Below, piece after piece: positions 49,046-63,054 of a DNA stretch of 64,000 nt (position 1 is the first letter of the stretch; each line of letters opens with the position of its first letter). The notes under the pieces are model-generated. The model ran no database searches and had not been told where the DNA came from. It saw only the letters and a program-made list of their open reading frames with translations. This stretch comes from Mobula hypostoma (Eukaryota), in assembly GCF_963921235.1 (NCBI RefSeq), contig NC_086101.1:4714001-4778000 (forward strand), read 5' to 3'. The position numbers were made by a program, and so were the translations under genes.

Positions 49046-51665
49046 GGAAAGGGAGAGGAGTGATGGGGAGGGAAGTGGAGGTGGGGGGTAAGGGGAAGGA
49101 GGTGGGGGGGTAAGGGGAAGTGGAGGTGGGGGGGTAAGGGGAAGTGGAGGTGGGGGGGTAAGGGGAAGAGGAGGTGGGGAGGGGAAGAGAGGGGGTGAAG
49201 GGTAGGGGAAAGGGGAAAGGGATGGTGAAGAGGGATTGGGAAGGGTGAAGAGGGGTAGGGGAGGGGGAGGGTGAAGAGTGGTAGGGGAGGGGGAAGAGGG
49301 GGTGGGGAAGGGAAGGGGAAGAGGGGGAGGGGAGGGGGAGGGTGAAGAGTGGTAGGGGAGGGGGAAGAGGGGGTGGGGAGGGGAAGGGGAAGAGGGGGTG
49401 GGGAGGGGAAGGGGATGGTGAAGAGGGGTTGGAAGGGTGTAGGGGAGGGGAAGGGTGAAGAGTGGTAGGGGAGGGGGAAGAGGGGGTGGGGAAGGGAAGG
49501 GGAAGAGGGGTAGGGGAGGGGGAGGGTGAAGAGTGGTAGGGGAGGGGGAAGAGGGGGTGGGGAGGGGAAGGGGAAGAGGGGGTGGGGAGGGGAAGGGGAT
49601 GGTGAAGAGGGGTTGGGAAGGGTGTAGGGGAGGGGAAGGGTGAAGAGGGGTAGGGGAGGGGGAGGGTGAAGAGTGGTAGGGGAGGGGGAAGAGGGGGTGG
49701 GGAAGGGAAGGGGAAGAGGGGGTGGGGAGGGGAAGGGGAAGAGGGGGTGGGGAGGGGAAGGGGATGGTGAAGAGGGGTTGGAAGGGTGTAGGGGAGGGGA
49801 AGGGTGAAGAGTGGTAGGGGAGGGGGAAGAGGGGGTGGGGAAGGGAAGGGGAAGAGGGGTAGGGGAGGGGGAGGGTGAAGAGTGGTAGGGGAGGGGGAAG
49901 AGGGGGTGGGGAGGGGAAGGGGAAGAGGGGGTGGGGAGGGGAAGGGGATGGTGAAGAGGGGTTGGGAAGGGTGTAGGGGAGGGGAAGGGTGAAGAGGGGT
50001 AGGGGAGGGGGAGGGTGAAGAGTGGTAGGGGAGGGGAAGGGGAAGAGGGGGTGGGGAGGGGAAGGGGATGGTGAAGAGGGGTTGGGAAGGGTGTAGGGGA
50101 GGGGAAGGGTGAAGAGGGGTAGGGGAGGGGGAGGGTGAAGAGTGGTAGGGAAGGGGGAAGAGGGGGTGGGGAAGGGAAGGGGAAGAGGGGGTGGGGAGGG
50201 GAAGGGGAAGAGGGGGTGGGGAGGGGAAGGGGAAGAGGGGGTGGGGAGGGGAAGGGGATGGTGAAGAGGGGTTGGGAAGGGTGTAGGGGAGGGGAAGGGT
50301 GAAGAGGGGTAGGGTAGGGGGAGGGTGAGGGGGTAGGGTAGGGGGAGGGTGAAGAGTGGTAGGGGAGGGGGAAGAGGGGGTGGGGAGGGGAAGGGGAAGA
50401 GGGGGTGGGGAGGGGAAGGGGATGGTGAAGAGGGGTTGGAAGGGTGTAGGGGAGGGGGAGGGTGAAGAGTGGTAGGGGAAGGGGAAGAGGGGGTGGGGAG
50501 GGGGAAGGGGAAGAGGGGGTGGGGAGGGGAAGGGGAAGAGGGGGTGGGGAGGGGAGGGGGAGGGTGAAGAGTGGTAGGGGAGGGGGAAGAGGGGGTGGGG
50601 AGGGGAAAGGGAAGAGGGGGTGGGGAGGGGAAGGGGATGGTGAAGAGGGGTTGGGAAGGGTGTAGGGGAGGGGAAGGGTGAAGAGGGGTAGGGGAGGGGG
50701 AGGGTGAAGAGTGGTAGGGGAGGGGGAAGAGGGGGTGGGGAGGGGAAAGGGAAGAGGGGGTGGGGAGGGGAAGGGGATGGTGAAGAGGGGTTGGGAAGGG
50801 TGTAGGGGAGGGGAAGGGTGAAGAGGGGTAGGGGAGGGGGAGGGTGAAGAGTGGTAGGGGAGGGGGAAGAGGGGGTGGGGAGGGGAAAGGGAAGAGGGGG
50901 TGGGGAGGGGGTGGGGATGGTGAAGAGGGGTTGGAAGGGTGTAGGGGAGGGGAAGGGTGAAGAGGGGTAGGGGAGGGGGAGGGTGAAGAGGGGTAGGGGA
51001 GGGGGAAGAGGGGGTGGGGAGGGGAAGGGGATGGTGAAGAGGGGTTGGGAAGGGTGTAGGGGAGGGGAAGGGTGAAGAGTGGTAGGGGAGGGGGAAGAGG
51101 GGGTGGGGAAGGGAAGGGGAAGAGGGGGTGGGGAGGGGAGGGGGAAGAGGGGGTGGGAAGGGTGTAGGGGAGGGGAAGGGTGAAGAGGGGTAGGGGAGGG
51201 GGAAGAGGGGGTGGGGAGGGGATGGTGAAGAGGGGTTGGGAAGGGTGTAGGGGAGGGGGAGGGTGAAGAGGGGTAGGGGAGGGGGAAGAGGGGGTGGGGA
51301 GGGGAAGGGGAAGAGGGGGTGGGGAGGGGAGGGGGAAGAGGGGGTGGGGAGGGGAAGGGGAAGAGGGGGAGGGGAGGGGAAGGGGATGGTGAAGAGGGGT
51401 TGGGAAGGGTGTAGGGGAGGGGAAGGGTGAAGAGGGGTAGGGGAGGGGGAGGGTGAAGAGTGGTAGGGGAGGGGGAAGAGGGGGTGGGGAGGGGAAAGGG
51501 AAGAGGGGGTGGGGAGGGGAAGGGGATGGTGAAGAGGGGTTGGGAAGGGTGTAGGGGAGGGGGAGGGTGAAGAGGGGTAGGGGAGGGGGAAGAGGGGGTG
51601 GGGAGGGGGAAGGGGAAGAGGGGGAGGGGTAGGGAAGGGCCGGGAGAGATGGGGGTGAAGAGAGG
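49046..51665. repeat. ~2.6-kb G-rich cryptic tandem repeat at the start of atf6b intron 1
   Basis: Shuffled modules GGGGAGGGGAAGGGGAAGAGGGGGT, GGGTGTAGGGGAGGGGAAGGGTGAAGAG and GGGATGGTGAAGAGGGGTTGG. Confidence 0.92.
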
Positions 51666-53144
51666 GAAAGAAGATGTCATGAAGACCATTTTGCTGGTGG
51701 TTTTGAAGTCTCTCTACTCAATGGTTTCTGAATCTTTGTCCCAAAGAGACATTGTCATTGGAAATGTTCGAAGCAGGGACCAGTAGATGCAGCGCAGTGT
51801 GAGATTGGCTCGGTCAGATCATAACGGGCCATTTGTCCCTTTACAGCTGCACTGGGAAGATGTACAAAGTCCCTCTTAATAAGTGGCATAGCGTGTATTT
51901 CAGAAATCTATCCGGATTCCTGGTTGCTTTCCCAGATTCTGACTGATAGGAGCAAGGAAGCTGGATGATGAGGGTGTGAATCCACAGGTAGGAACGACAG
52001 GCAGCTGATACCAAGGAAATTCATGGATGAGCTCGGGGGTACAGGACTGTACTGAAGGAAGAATTCGAGGAGTAAAAAAGGTTAGATCCACATGAGCTTT
52101 ATTTGTCAATGGCACACCGGAACATCAGTGAAATGTGTCATTTAAGTCAGTGACCAACGCAGTCCGAAAGCAGCCAGCAAGTATCACCATGCTTCCAGTA
52201 TCAACCGAGCATGCCCACAACTGCTAACCCTAATCCGAATGCCTTTGGAAGGTGGGAGGAAGCCCACGGGGAGAATGTACAGATTCCTCGCAGGCTGTGA
52301 TGGGGATTGAATCCTGATGTTGTGATCGCTAGTGCTGTGAAGCGTTTCGCTAACTGCTATGCTACTGCGTAGCTACTGACACTACTGTGCCCCCAAACGG
52401 GGTGCATGCAATACTTTAGAGAGAAAATTCAGGGAAAAACGAAGAGATCTCGCAAGTTTATTACGGGTGAAAAGATTAACTAGAGAGAGGTTAGGGCCTC
52501 ACAACAAAAAGAGGGCACCAGAGTGTGGAATGGCAGGAGATGTGCAAGGTCTCCAGTGAATGTTTCTCCTTTGCCTTTACTGTGGGGAAAGACTTGAAGA
52601 TTTGGGAACTGGGAAGAGTCAATGGGATGCCTTTACTCAGAGAGTGGTAGCTGTGTGGAACGAGCTTCCAGCAGAAGTGGTGGAGGCAGGTTCGATGTTG
52701 TCGTTTAAAGTTAAATTGGACAGCTATATGGACAGGAAAGGAATGGAGGGTTATGGGCTGAGTGCAGGTCGGTGCGACTAGGTGAGAGTAAGCGTTCGGC
52801 ACGGACCGTGCTGTAATTGTTATATGGTCTTCAGGATGGTCCACATTATATTAGAGAAGATACTGCGTGTCTTAAAAGGTATGAAGGTAGATAATCTCCA
52901 GGTCCTGACCAGCTATGTCCAAGAACACTGTTGGGGGCTGGAGATGAAGCAACCAGGGTGAAAGATGTGGCTTTTCCAGATTTCAGTAAGGTCAGAAATA
53001 AAGTTCAGTGTGGCAGCCTGCTGTGAAAGATTAGATCGCAGGTCATCCGGAGAGAGATGGCTAACTGAATATACAGCCGACTGATCGTCGAAAATAGTTG
53101 ACAGGGAAGCTTGTTTTCTCTGATTGGAAGCCAGTGATGCTGGG

Positions 53145-56100
53145 CTGCCTCAGGTCAGTGATTCGACTGGGGGCTGGTGTAACTATGGGCGGTGACAGTG
53201 GTGTGTCTCTGGGGTCAGTGATCGATGTCAGTGGTGTGTCTCGGGGGTCAGTGATCGATGTCAGTGGTGTGTCTCAGGGGTCAGTGATCGGACTGGGGGC
53301 TGATGACAGTGGTGTGTCTCGGGGGTCAGTGATCGGTGACAGTGTTGTGTCTCGGGGGTCAGTGATCGATGTCAGTGGTGTGTCTCGGGGGTCAGTGATC
53401 GGTGACAGTGTTGTGTCTCGGGGGTCAGTGATCGATGTCAGTGGTGTGTCTCAGGGGTCAGTGATCGGACTGGGGGCTGATGACAGTGGTGTGTCTCGGG
53501 GGGTCAGTGATCGGTGACAGTGTTGTGTCTCGGGGGTCAGTGATCGATGTCAGTGGTGTGTCTCAGGGGTCAGTGGTTGGTGACAGTGGTGTGTCTCGGG
53601 GGATCAGTGATCGGTGACAGTGGTGTGTCTCGGGGGATCAGTGATCGGTGACAGTGGTGTGTCTCGGGGGGGTCAGTGATCGGTGACAGTGGTGTGTCTC
53701 GGGGGTCAGTGATCGGTGACAGTGGTGTGTCTCGGGGGTTCAGTGATCGGTGACAGTGGTGTGTTCAGGGGGTCAGTGATCGGTGACAGTGGTGTGTCTC
53801 GGGGGTCAGTGATCGGTGACAGTGGTGTGTCTCGGGGGTCAGTGATCGGTGACAGTGTTGTGTCTCGGGGGGTCAGTGATCGGTGACAGTGGTGTGTTCA
53901 GGGGGTCAGTGATCGGTGACAGTGGTGTGTCTCGGGGGGTCAGTGATCGGTGACAGTGGTGTGTTCAGGGGGTCAGTGATCGGTGACAGTGGTGTGTCTC
54001 GGGGGTCAGTGATCGGTGACAGTGGTGTGTCTCGGGGGTCAGTGATCGGTGACGGTGTGTGTTGGGGGTCAGTGATAGATGACAGTGTTGTGTCTCGGGG
54101 GGTCAGTGATCGGTGACAGTGGTGTGTCTCTGGGGTCAGTGATCGGACTGGGGGCTGATGACAGTGTTGTGTCTCGGGGGGGTCAGTGATCGGTGACAGT
54201 GTTGTATCTCGGGGGGTCAGTGATCGGTGACAGTGGTGTGTCTCGGGGGGTCAGTGATCGGTGACAGTGGTGTGTCTCGGGGGTCAGTGATCGGTGACAG
54301 TGGTGTGTTCGGGGGGTCAGTGATCGGTGACAGTGATGTGTCTCGGGGGTCAGTGTGATCGGTGACGGTGTGTGTTGGGGGTCAGTGATCGATGACAGTG
54401 TTGTGTCTCGGGGGGTCAGTGATCGGTGACAGTGGTGTGTCTCGGGGGTCAGTGACCGGTGACAGTGGTGTGTCTCGGGGGTCAGTGATCGGTGACAGTG
54501 GTGTGTCTCGGGGGTCAGTGATCGGTGACAGTGGTGTGTTCGGGGGGTCAGTGATCGGTGACAGTGGTGTGTCTCGGGGGGGTCAGTGATCGGTGACAGT
54601 GGTGTGTCTCGGGGGGGTCAGTGATCGGTGACAGTGGTGTGTCTCGGGGGGTCAGTGATCGGTGACAGTGGTGTGTCTCGGGGGGGTCAGTGATCGGTGA
54701 CAGTGGTGTGTCTCGGGGGGGTCAGTGATCGGTGACGGTGTTGTGTCTCGGGGGGTCAGTGATCGATGACAGTGGTGTGTCTCGGGGGGTCAGTGATCGG
54801 TGACGGTGTTGTGTCTCGGGGGGTCAGTGATCGGTGACAGTGGTGTGTCTCGGGGATCAGTGATCGATGACAGTGTTGTGTCTCGGGGGGTCAGTGATCG
54901 GTGACAGTGGTGTGTCTCGGGGGTCAGTGATCGGTGACAGTGGTGTGTCTCGGGGGGTCAGTGATCGGTGACAGTGGTGTGTTCGGGGGGTCAGTGATCG
55001 ATGACAGTGTTGTGTCTCGGGGGTCAGTGATCGGTGACAGTGGTGTGTCTCGGGGGTCAGTGATCGGTGACAGTGGTGTGTTCGGGGGGTCGGTGATCGA
55101 TGACAGTGGTGTGTCTCGGGGGTCAGTGATCGGTGACAGTGGTGTGTCTCGGGGGTCAGTGATCGGTGACAATGGTGTGTTCGGGGGGTCAGTGATCGGT
55201 GACAGTGGTGTGTCTCGGGGGGTCAGTGATCGGTGACAGTGGTGTGTTCGGGGGGTCAGTGACCGATGACAGTGGTGTGTCTCGGGGGTCAGTGACCGGT
55301 GACAGTGTTGTGTCTCGGGGGGTCAGTGATCGGTGACAGTGGTGTGTCTCGGGGGTCAGTGATCGGTGACAGTGGTGTGTTCGGGGGGTCAGTGATCGAT
55401 GACAGTGGTGTGTCTCGGGGGTCAGTGATCGATGACAGTGTTGTGTCTCGGGGGTCAGTGATCGGTGACAGTGGTGTGTCTCGGGGGGGTCAGTGATCGG
55501 TGACAGTGGTGTGTCTCGGGGGGTCAGTGATCGGTGACAGTGATGTGTCTCGGGGGTCAGTGATCGGTGACAGTGATGTGTCTCGGGGGTCAGTGATCGG
55601 TGACGGTGTGTGTTGGGGGTCAGTGATCGATGACAGTGTTGTGTCTCGGGGGGTCGGTGATCGGTGACAGTGGTGTGTCTCGGGGGGTCAGTGATCGGTG
55701 ACGGTGTGTGTTGGGGGTCAGTGATCGGTGACAGTGTTGTGTCTCGGGGGGTCAGTGATCGGTGACAGTGGTGTGTCTGGTGGGGGGGGTCAGTGATCGG
55801 TGACAGTGTTGTGTCTCGGGGGTCAGTGATCGGTGACAGTGTTGTGTCTCGGGGGTCAGTGATCGGTGACGGTGTGTGTTGGGGGTCAGTGATCGGTGAC
55901 AGTGGTGTGTCTCAGGGGGTCAGTGATCGGTGACAGTGGTGTGTCTCGGGGGTCAGTTATCGATGACAGTGTTGTGTCTCGGGGGTCAGTGATCGGTGAC
56001 AGTGGTGTGTCTGGTGGGGGGGGTCAGTGATCGGTGACAGTGGTGTGTTCGGGGGGTCAGTGATCGGTGACAGTGGTGTGTCTCAGGGGTCAGTGATCGG

Positions 56101-58950
56101 TGACAGTGGTGTGTCTCGGGGGTCAGTGATCCGTGACAGTGGTGTGTCTCGGGGGGTCAGTGATCGATGACAGTGGTGTGTCTCGGGGGGGTCAGTGATC
56201 GGTGACAGTGGTGTGTTCGGGGGGTCAGTGATCGGTGACAGTGGTGTGTCTCGGGGGTCAGTGATCGGTGACAGTGGTGTGTTCGGGGGTCAGTGATCAG
56301 TGACAGTGACGTGTCTCGGGGGGGTCAGTGATCGGTGACAGTGGTGTGTTCGGGGGGGTCAGTGATCGGTGACAGTGGTGTGTCTCGGGGGGTCAGTGAT
56401 CGGTGACAGTGGTGTGTCTCGGGGGTCAGTGATCGGTGACAGTGGTGTGTCTCGGGGGGTCAGTGATCGGTGACAGTGGTGTGTCTCGGGGGTCAGTGAT
56501 CGGTGACAGTGGTGTGTCTCGGGGGGTCAGTGATCGGTGACAGTGGTGTGTCTCGGGGGGTCAGTGACCGGTGACAGTGACGTGTCTCGGGGGTCAGTGA
56601 TCGGTGACAGTGTTGTGTCTCGGGGGGTCAGTGACCGGTGACAGTGGTGTGTCTCGGGGGGTCAGTGATCGGTGACAGTGGTGTGTCTCGGGGGGTCAGT
56701 GATCGGTGACAGTGGTGTGTTCGGGGGTCAGTGATCGATGACAGTGACGTGTCTCGGGGGTCAGTGATCGGTGACAGTGGTGTGTCTCGGGGGTCAGTGA
56801 CCGGTGACAGTGGTGTGTCTCGGGGGGTCAGTGATCGGTGACAGTGGTGTGTCTCGGGGGTCAGTGATCGATGACAGTGGTGTGTCTCGGGGGGTCAGTG
56901 ATCGGTGACGGTGTGTGTTGGGGGTCAGTGATCGGTGACAGTGGTGTGTCTCGGGGGGTCAGTGATCGGTGACAGTGGTGTGTTCGGGGGGGTCAGTGAT
57001 CGGTGACAGTGGTGTGTCTCGGGGGTCAGTGATCAGTGACAGTGACGTGTCTCGGGGGGGTCAGTGATCGGTGACAGTGGTGTGTCTCGGGGGTCAGTGA
57101 CCGGTGACAGTGGTGTGTCTCGGGGGGTCAGTGATCGGTGACAGTGGTGTGTCTCGGGGGTCAGTGATCGATGACAGTGGTGTGTCTCGGGGGGTCAGTG
57201 ATCGGTGACGGTGTGTGTTGGGGGTCAGTGATCGGTGACAGTGGTGTGTCTCGGGGGGTCAGTGATCGGTGACAGTGGTGTGTTCGGGGGGGTCAGTGAT
57301 CGGTGACAGTGGTGTGTTCGGGGGGTCAGTGACCGGTGACAGTGTTGTGTCTCGGGGGTCAGTGATCGGTGACAGTGGTGTGTTCGGGGGGTCAGTGATC
57401 GGTGACAGTGGTGTGTCTCGGGGGGTCAGTGATCGGTGACGGTGTGTGTTGGGGGTCAGTGATCGGTGACAGTGGTGTGTCTCGGAGGGTCAGTGATCGG
57501 TGACGGTGTGTGTTGGGGGTCAGTGATCGGTGACAGTGGTGTGTCTCGGAGGGTCAGTGATCGGTGACGGTGTGTGTTGGGGGTCAGTGATCGGTGACAG
57601 TGGTGTGTCTCGGGGGTCAGTGATCGGTGACAGTGGTGTGTGTTGGGGGTCAGTGATCGGTGACAGTGGTGTGTCTCGGGGGGTCAGTGATCGGTGACAG
57701 TGGTGTGTTCGGGGGGGTCAGTGATCGGTGACAGTGGTGTGTCTGGGGGGTCAGTGATCCGTGACAGTGGTGTGTCTCGGGGGTCAGTGATCGGTGACAG
57801 TGGTGTGTTCGGGGGGGGTCAGTGATTGGTGACAGTGGTGTGTTCGGGGGGGTCAGTGATCGGTGACAGTGGTGTGTCTCGGGGGTCAGTGATCGGTGAC
57901 AGTGGTGTGTCTCGGGGGTCAGTGATCGGTGACAGTGGTGTGTCTCGGCGGGGGGGTTCAGTGATCGGTGACAGTGGTGTGTCTGGTGGGGGGGGGTCAG
58001 TGATCGGTGACAGTGGTGTGTTCGGGGGGTCAGTGATCGGTGACTGGTGTGTTGGGGGGGTCAGTGATCGGTGACAGTGGTGTGTTCGGGGGGTCAGTGA
58101 TCGGTGACAGTGGTGTGTCTGGTGGGGGGGGTCAGTGATCGGTGACAGTGGTGTGTTCGGGGGGTCAGTGACTGGTGACAGTGGTGTGTCTCGGCGGGGG
58201 GGTCAGTGATCGGTGACAGTGGTGTGTTTGGGGGGGTCAGCGATCGGTGACAGTGGTGTGTCTCGGGGGGGTCAGTGATCGATGACAGTGGTGTGTCTCG
58301 GGGGGGTCAGTGATCGATGACAGTGTTGTGTCTCGGGGGGTCAGTGATCGGTGACAGTGTTGTGTCTCGAGGGGTCAGTGATCGGTGACAGTGGTGTGTC
58401 TCGGGGGGTCAGTGATCGGTGACAGTGGTGTGTCTCGGGGGTCAGTGATCGGTGACAGTGGTGTGTCTCGGGGGTCAGTGATCGGTGACAGTGGTGTGTC
58501 TCGGGGGGTCAGTGATCGATGACAGTGGTGTGTCTCGGGGGTCAGTGATCGGTGACAGTGTTGTGTCTCGGAGGGTCAGTGATCGATGACGGTGATGTGT
58601 CTCGGAGGTCAGTGATCGATGACAGTGATGTGTCTCGGGGGTCAGTGATCGATGACAGTGGTGTGTTCGGGGGGTCAGTGATCGATGACAGTGTTGTGTC
58701 TCGGAGGGTCAGTGATCGGTGACAGTGGTGTGTCTCGGGGGATCAGTGATCGGTGACAGTGGTGTGTCTCGGGGATCAGTGATCGGTGACGGTGTGTGTT
58801 GGGGGGGGTCAGTGATCGGTGACAGTGTTGTGTCTCGGGGATCAGTGATCGGTGACAGTGGTGTGTCTCGGGGGTCAGTGATCGGTGACAGTGGTGTGTC
58901 TCACGGGGGCAGGGCGGGGTCAGTGATCGGTTTGGAGGCTGGTGACAGTG
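53145..58950. repeat. ~33-bp minisatellite (~5.8 kb, ~175 copies) derived from CR1 RT sequence
   Basis: Unit GTCAGTGATCGGTGACAGTGGTGTGTCTCGGGG with a variable G-run; flanks read SDWKPV.. and ..VPQGLVLG, matching the CR1 WxPVTSGVPQGSVLGP region. Confidence 0.93.
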
Positions 58951-61900
58951 CAGTACCTCAGGGGCTGGTGCTTGGACATAGGCTGGCTTGGACATCCTGC
59001 CTGTAGTGAAGCAGGATGGGAGGTGACTTGATGGAGGTGTGTAAGATGATATGAATCACAGATCAAGTGGATAGCTGGAGATTTTATTGCATGGCAGAAA
59101 TGGTTTAACAGGAGAGTGCATAATTTCGGGGTAACTGGTGAATAGTATGGAGTAGGGGTGTCAGGGGTAGTTTTTTTTAGTGCAAGGAGTGCAGGGTGTG
59201 TGGAACATGCTGTTGGGCCGCCATCGCCGCAGATACAATTGGGATATTTGAGAGACCTCGATCGGCACATGGGTGATAGAAAAATGGAAGCTATGTGGAG
59301 GGAAGGTTTAGATTGATCTTTGAGTGGGTTAAAAGTTTGGCACAGCTTTATAGACTGACAGGCCTGTATTGTTCTGTTCTGTTCTCTGTTCCAAAGCTGC
59401 TGAACCACTTCAGTGTTCAAGTGCACCGACCCTGTGATATGATGCAATCTGTCAGTGTGAATGTTAACAAGAGCCACGTCGCTCTCTTGAAAGTAGCAAG
59501 ACAAGTTAAGGCGCTTTTTTTTAAAAGGAAAAATAATGATTATCAGTCCTTAACCTGCATTTCTGGTTTCTACTTGGAGAAAGGTGTATGGTGTAGCAAA
59601 GCTTCACTTGGTTGATTTCTGGAGTTTGTCGATTTGTTTTTTTCCTCTGTGATGTGAGATTACAGAGTGTTGTTCTGTCATTGTTTGAGTTCAGCAAAGA
59701 GGTGATTCTGAGTGGCCTAGAAGGACTGTGCGGGAGGCAGTGTTACTCAGGCTGGGGAGTGTGATAACGCAGTAGCACAGCGGCTACTGCATTGCTTTAC
59801 AGCACCAGCGATCTGAAGGTTGGAGGTCAATTCTTACAGCCAGTGGCTGTGGTTTGCGTGGGTTTCGTCTGGGTACTCTGGTTTCCAACCACATTCCAAA
59901 GACCTACAGGTTCGGGTTCATAAATTGTGGGCATGCTGTGTTGGCGCCAGAAGCACGTGGGCACCTGCAACCGGCCCTCAGCATGTTGCTGGACTGTGTT
60001 GGTCATTGAAATGCATCATTTTTGCGTCACTGTACAGTTCGGTGCACGTGTGACAAATCTGTTGAATGGTTGTTTTGAGGGCAGAGTCAGTGTTCGGTGC
60101 AGAGACGTAGGAGACCACAGCAGTGGCAAATGAAACATGAAGCTCTCTCTGGCTTGTTGTTATGTAAATTTGAATAGTGTTTGCATAAGGCGTGGGTGAA
60201 TAGTGCCATTGTTCCCAGGAATTGTCTCCTAGGAATTAGGACTTTCATACTCAAGTTGTGCAAGACATTGGTGAGGCCAGATTTGGGATGTTGTATGCAG
60301 TTTAGGTCAGCTACCTACAGGAAAGATGTAAATGAGATTGAAAGAGTACAGAGAGAGTTTCTGAGGATCTTGTCAGACTTGACGACTTGAGTTAGATTCG
60401 ATTGTTGTCATTTAGTAATGCATGCATTAAGAAATGATACAATATTCCTCCCGTGTGATATCACAGAAACACAGGACAGACCAAGACTGAAAAACTAACA
60501 AAAACCACATAGTTATAGCATATAGTTACAACAGTGCAACAATACCATAACATGATGAAGAACAGGCCATGGGCACAGTAAAAAAATTCAAAGTCTCTCG
60601 GAAGTCCCACATCTCACGCAGATGGGAGAAGGAAGAAAACTCTCCCTGCCATGCCCGACCACAGTCCGACCACACTCTTAAGTCGTCCGAAAACTTCAAG
60701 CTCCGATCAGCCTTCCGAGCACCATCTCTGCCGAACGCTTCGACCTCAGCCTGGGTCGCCAGCAGCAGGCAAAGCCGGGGATTTTGGGGCCTGCCCTCTG
60801 GAGATTCTTGATCGCACAGAAGCAGCGGCAGCGAACCAGGCATTTCAGAAATTTCTCCAGATGTTCCTCTGCTTCTCATGTCTGTCTCCATCAAATCAGA
60901 ATTGTGCACGGCGTCCTACTTACAAATATGATATCATTTCACCGGAGAGCTGCGCGCGCGGCGTCGCACCGCCATCTTCTCCTCCCGCCTGTTATGGTGA
61001 CAGGACAGGCTGAATAGGGGACTTCCGATAGTACTATGCACATTTATGAGGGGTATACATAGGAAAAATGCAAACAGGCTTGTTCCACTGGAGGTCATGG
61101 GTGTAGGGTGAAAGGCAAAATGCTTAAAAGGAACATCGTCACTCAGGGTGGTAAGAGTGTGGAACAAGCTGCTAACGGAAGCTGAAGATGGCTTATATGC
61201 ATTGATTGTATGTCCACAAAGTGACGCTTGGCACAGGAGTGTCTGTACATAAGGTGACTGGCAGGAAATGATCAAGTAGTGGTGTTTTGGGGGTGGGGGT
61301 GTTGAACAGTCTTTCGGTTTGGGGTAACTGTTTTTGAGTCAGGTAGTCCAGGCATGGATGTGGGCGTAGCCTCACTGATGGGAGTGGGACTGGCATTAAA
61401 TCTGCCATTATCCAGGTCTCTCGAGGTAACTCAGGACTGACAAAGCAGCAACTCAGTTGCAGGGTGGAAATGGAAAGATTGCAGGTGCTGCAAACTGAAA
61501 ATAACAGGCACGCAGACACTCTACAGGGTGAAATAAGCAGTCAACGTTTTGGGGTAAGATCCTCAATCAGGACTTGAGGAAGCGCCTCTGCCCAAAACAT
61601 GGACTCTGTCCCTCCAACGATGCTGCCTGACCTGCTGAGTTCTTCCAGCATTTTGTGTGTGTTGCAGTGGGTTTCCAGCATCTGCAGACTCCCGTGTTTG
61701 CAAACTGAGAACGCTGGTATCAGTCAGTCGGCCGGGCAGCCTCTGAGGATGTGTTACCATGGTAACTGCCTGGCCTGCTGAGTGCTTTGAGCATTTCCTG
61801 TGCTTATTACAGAACAGGCCATTGCATACTGAGAGATCCCGTTAGTATTAGCTGACCAAAGGCAGGTTGACTTGGTTACAGTAGCTTTACAACGCCAGTT

Positions 61901-63018
61901 GTCAGATCAGGATTCAATTCCCGCTACTGTGTGTAAGACATTTGTGTGCTCTTCCCCATGACCACCTGGGTATCCTACCACATTCCCAAAATGTACAGAT
62001 TAGGGTCGGACACCTGTGGGCTGCCCCCAGAACATCCTTGGACTATGTTGGTTATTGGTGCAAACAATACATTTTACCGTATGTTTCGATGTACATGTGA
62101 CAAGTAAAGCTCATCTTCAAAGATCTTCATGTTTCATCCCTGGGGTCAGTTTGGTAAATCAGTTGCCATGTGACAAATAAAGCTAAACTTTACCTTTGCA
62201 ATCTCTACCCTGCCAACAAATCCCGCCCACCCTGCTCATGGACTGTTTGTCTCACTCCCATCAGGGAGGAGGCTGTGTAGCATCCACGCCAGGACCACCA
62301 GACTCGAAAACAGTTACTTTCCCCAAGCAGTGAGACTGATCAACACCTCCGCCCACTAACCCACCCCTCCACACCTCCAACCACCACTACTTTATCATTT
62401 CCTCTCAGTCACCTTATGTACAGATGCTTCTGTGTTTAGCTTCACTTTATATCATCATCACATGTTGTGTCATATGACGTGAGGTCATGATCATGGTTGT
62501 TCTTGGCAAATTTCTCTACAGAAGTGGTTTGCCATTGTCTTTTGGGCAGTGTCTTTACAAGACGGGTGACCACAGCCATTACCAATACTCTTCGGAGATT
62601 GTCTGCCTGGCGTCAGTGGTCGCATAACCAGGGCTTGTGATATGCACCGGCTGCTCGTACGACCACCCACCACCTGCTCCCATGGCTTCACATGGCCCTG
62701 AGTGGTCGGGCTGGTGGAGGTCGTTTGGTGCTAAGTGGGTGTTACACCTTGCCCAAGGGTGACCTGCAGGTTAGTGGAGGGAAGGAGCACCTTCCATCTC
62801 TTTTGGTAGAGACGTATCTCCACCCCACCACCCTTCTTGTGTATTCACCTCCTTTGGAAGTTTTCATGTTTAATTGTTTTGCAACATTGAATCACAGTGG
62901 ATTTAATTTGGCTTTTTTAGCACTGATTAACAGAAAAAGACTGTGTCAAAGTGAAGCAACGCACATCAAATTTGCTGGTGAATGCAGCAGGCCAGGCAGC
63001 ATCTCTAGGAAGAGGTAC

Positions 63019-63054
63019 AGTCGACGTTTCGGGCCGAGACCCTTCGTCAGGACT
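63019..63054 (-). ncRNA. Minimal type I hammerhead ribozyme motif (Penelope-associated)
   Basis: Minus strand AGUC-CUGACGA-A-GGG-UCUCGG-CCC-GAAA-C-GUC-GACU: core CUGANGA/GAAA, stem II GGG/CCC, stem I AGUC/GACU. Confidence 0.7.

Noticed and set aside
48894..51689. 931-aa proline-rich minus-strand ORF
   Set aside because: Translation of the G-rich repeat, antisense to atf6b exon 1 and intron 1
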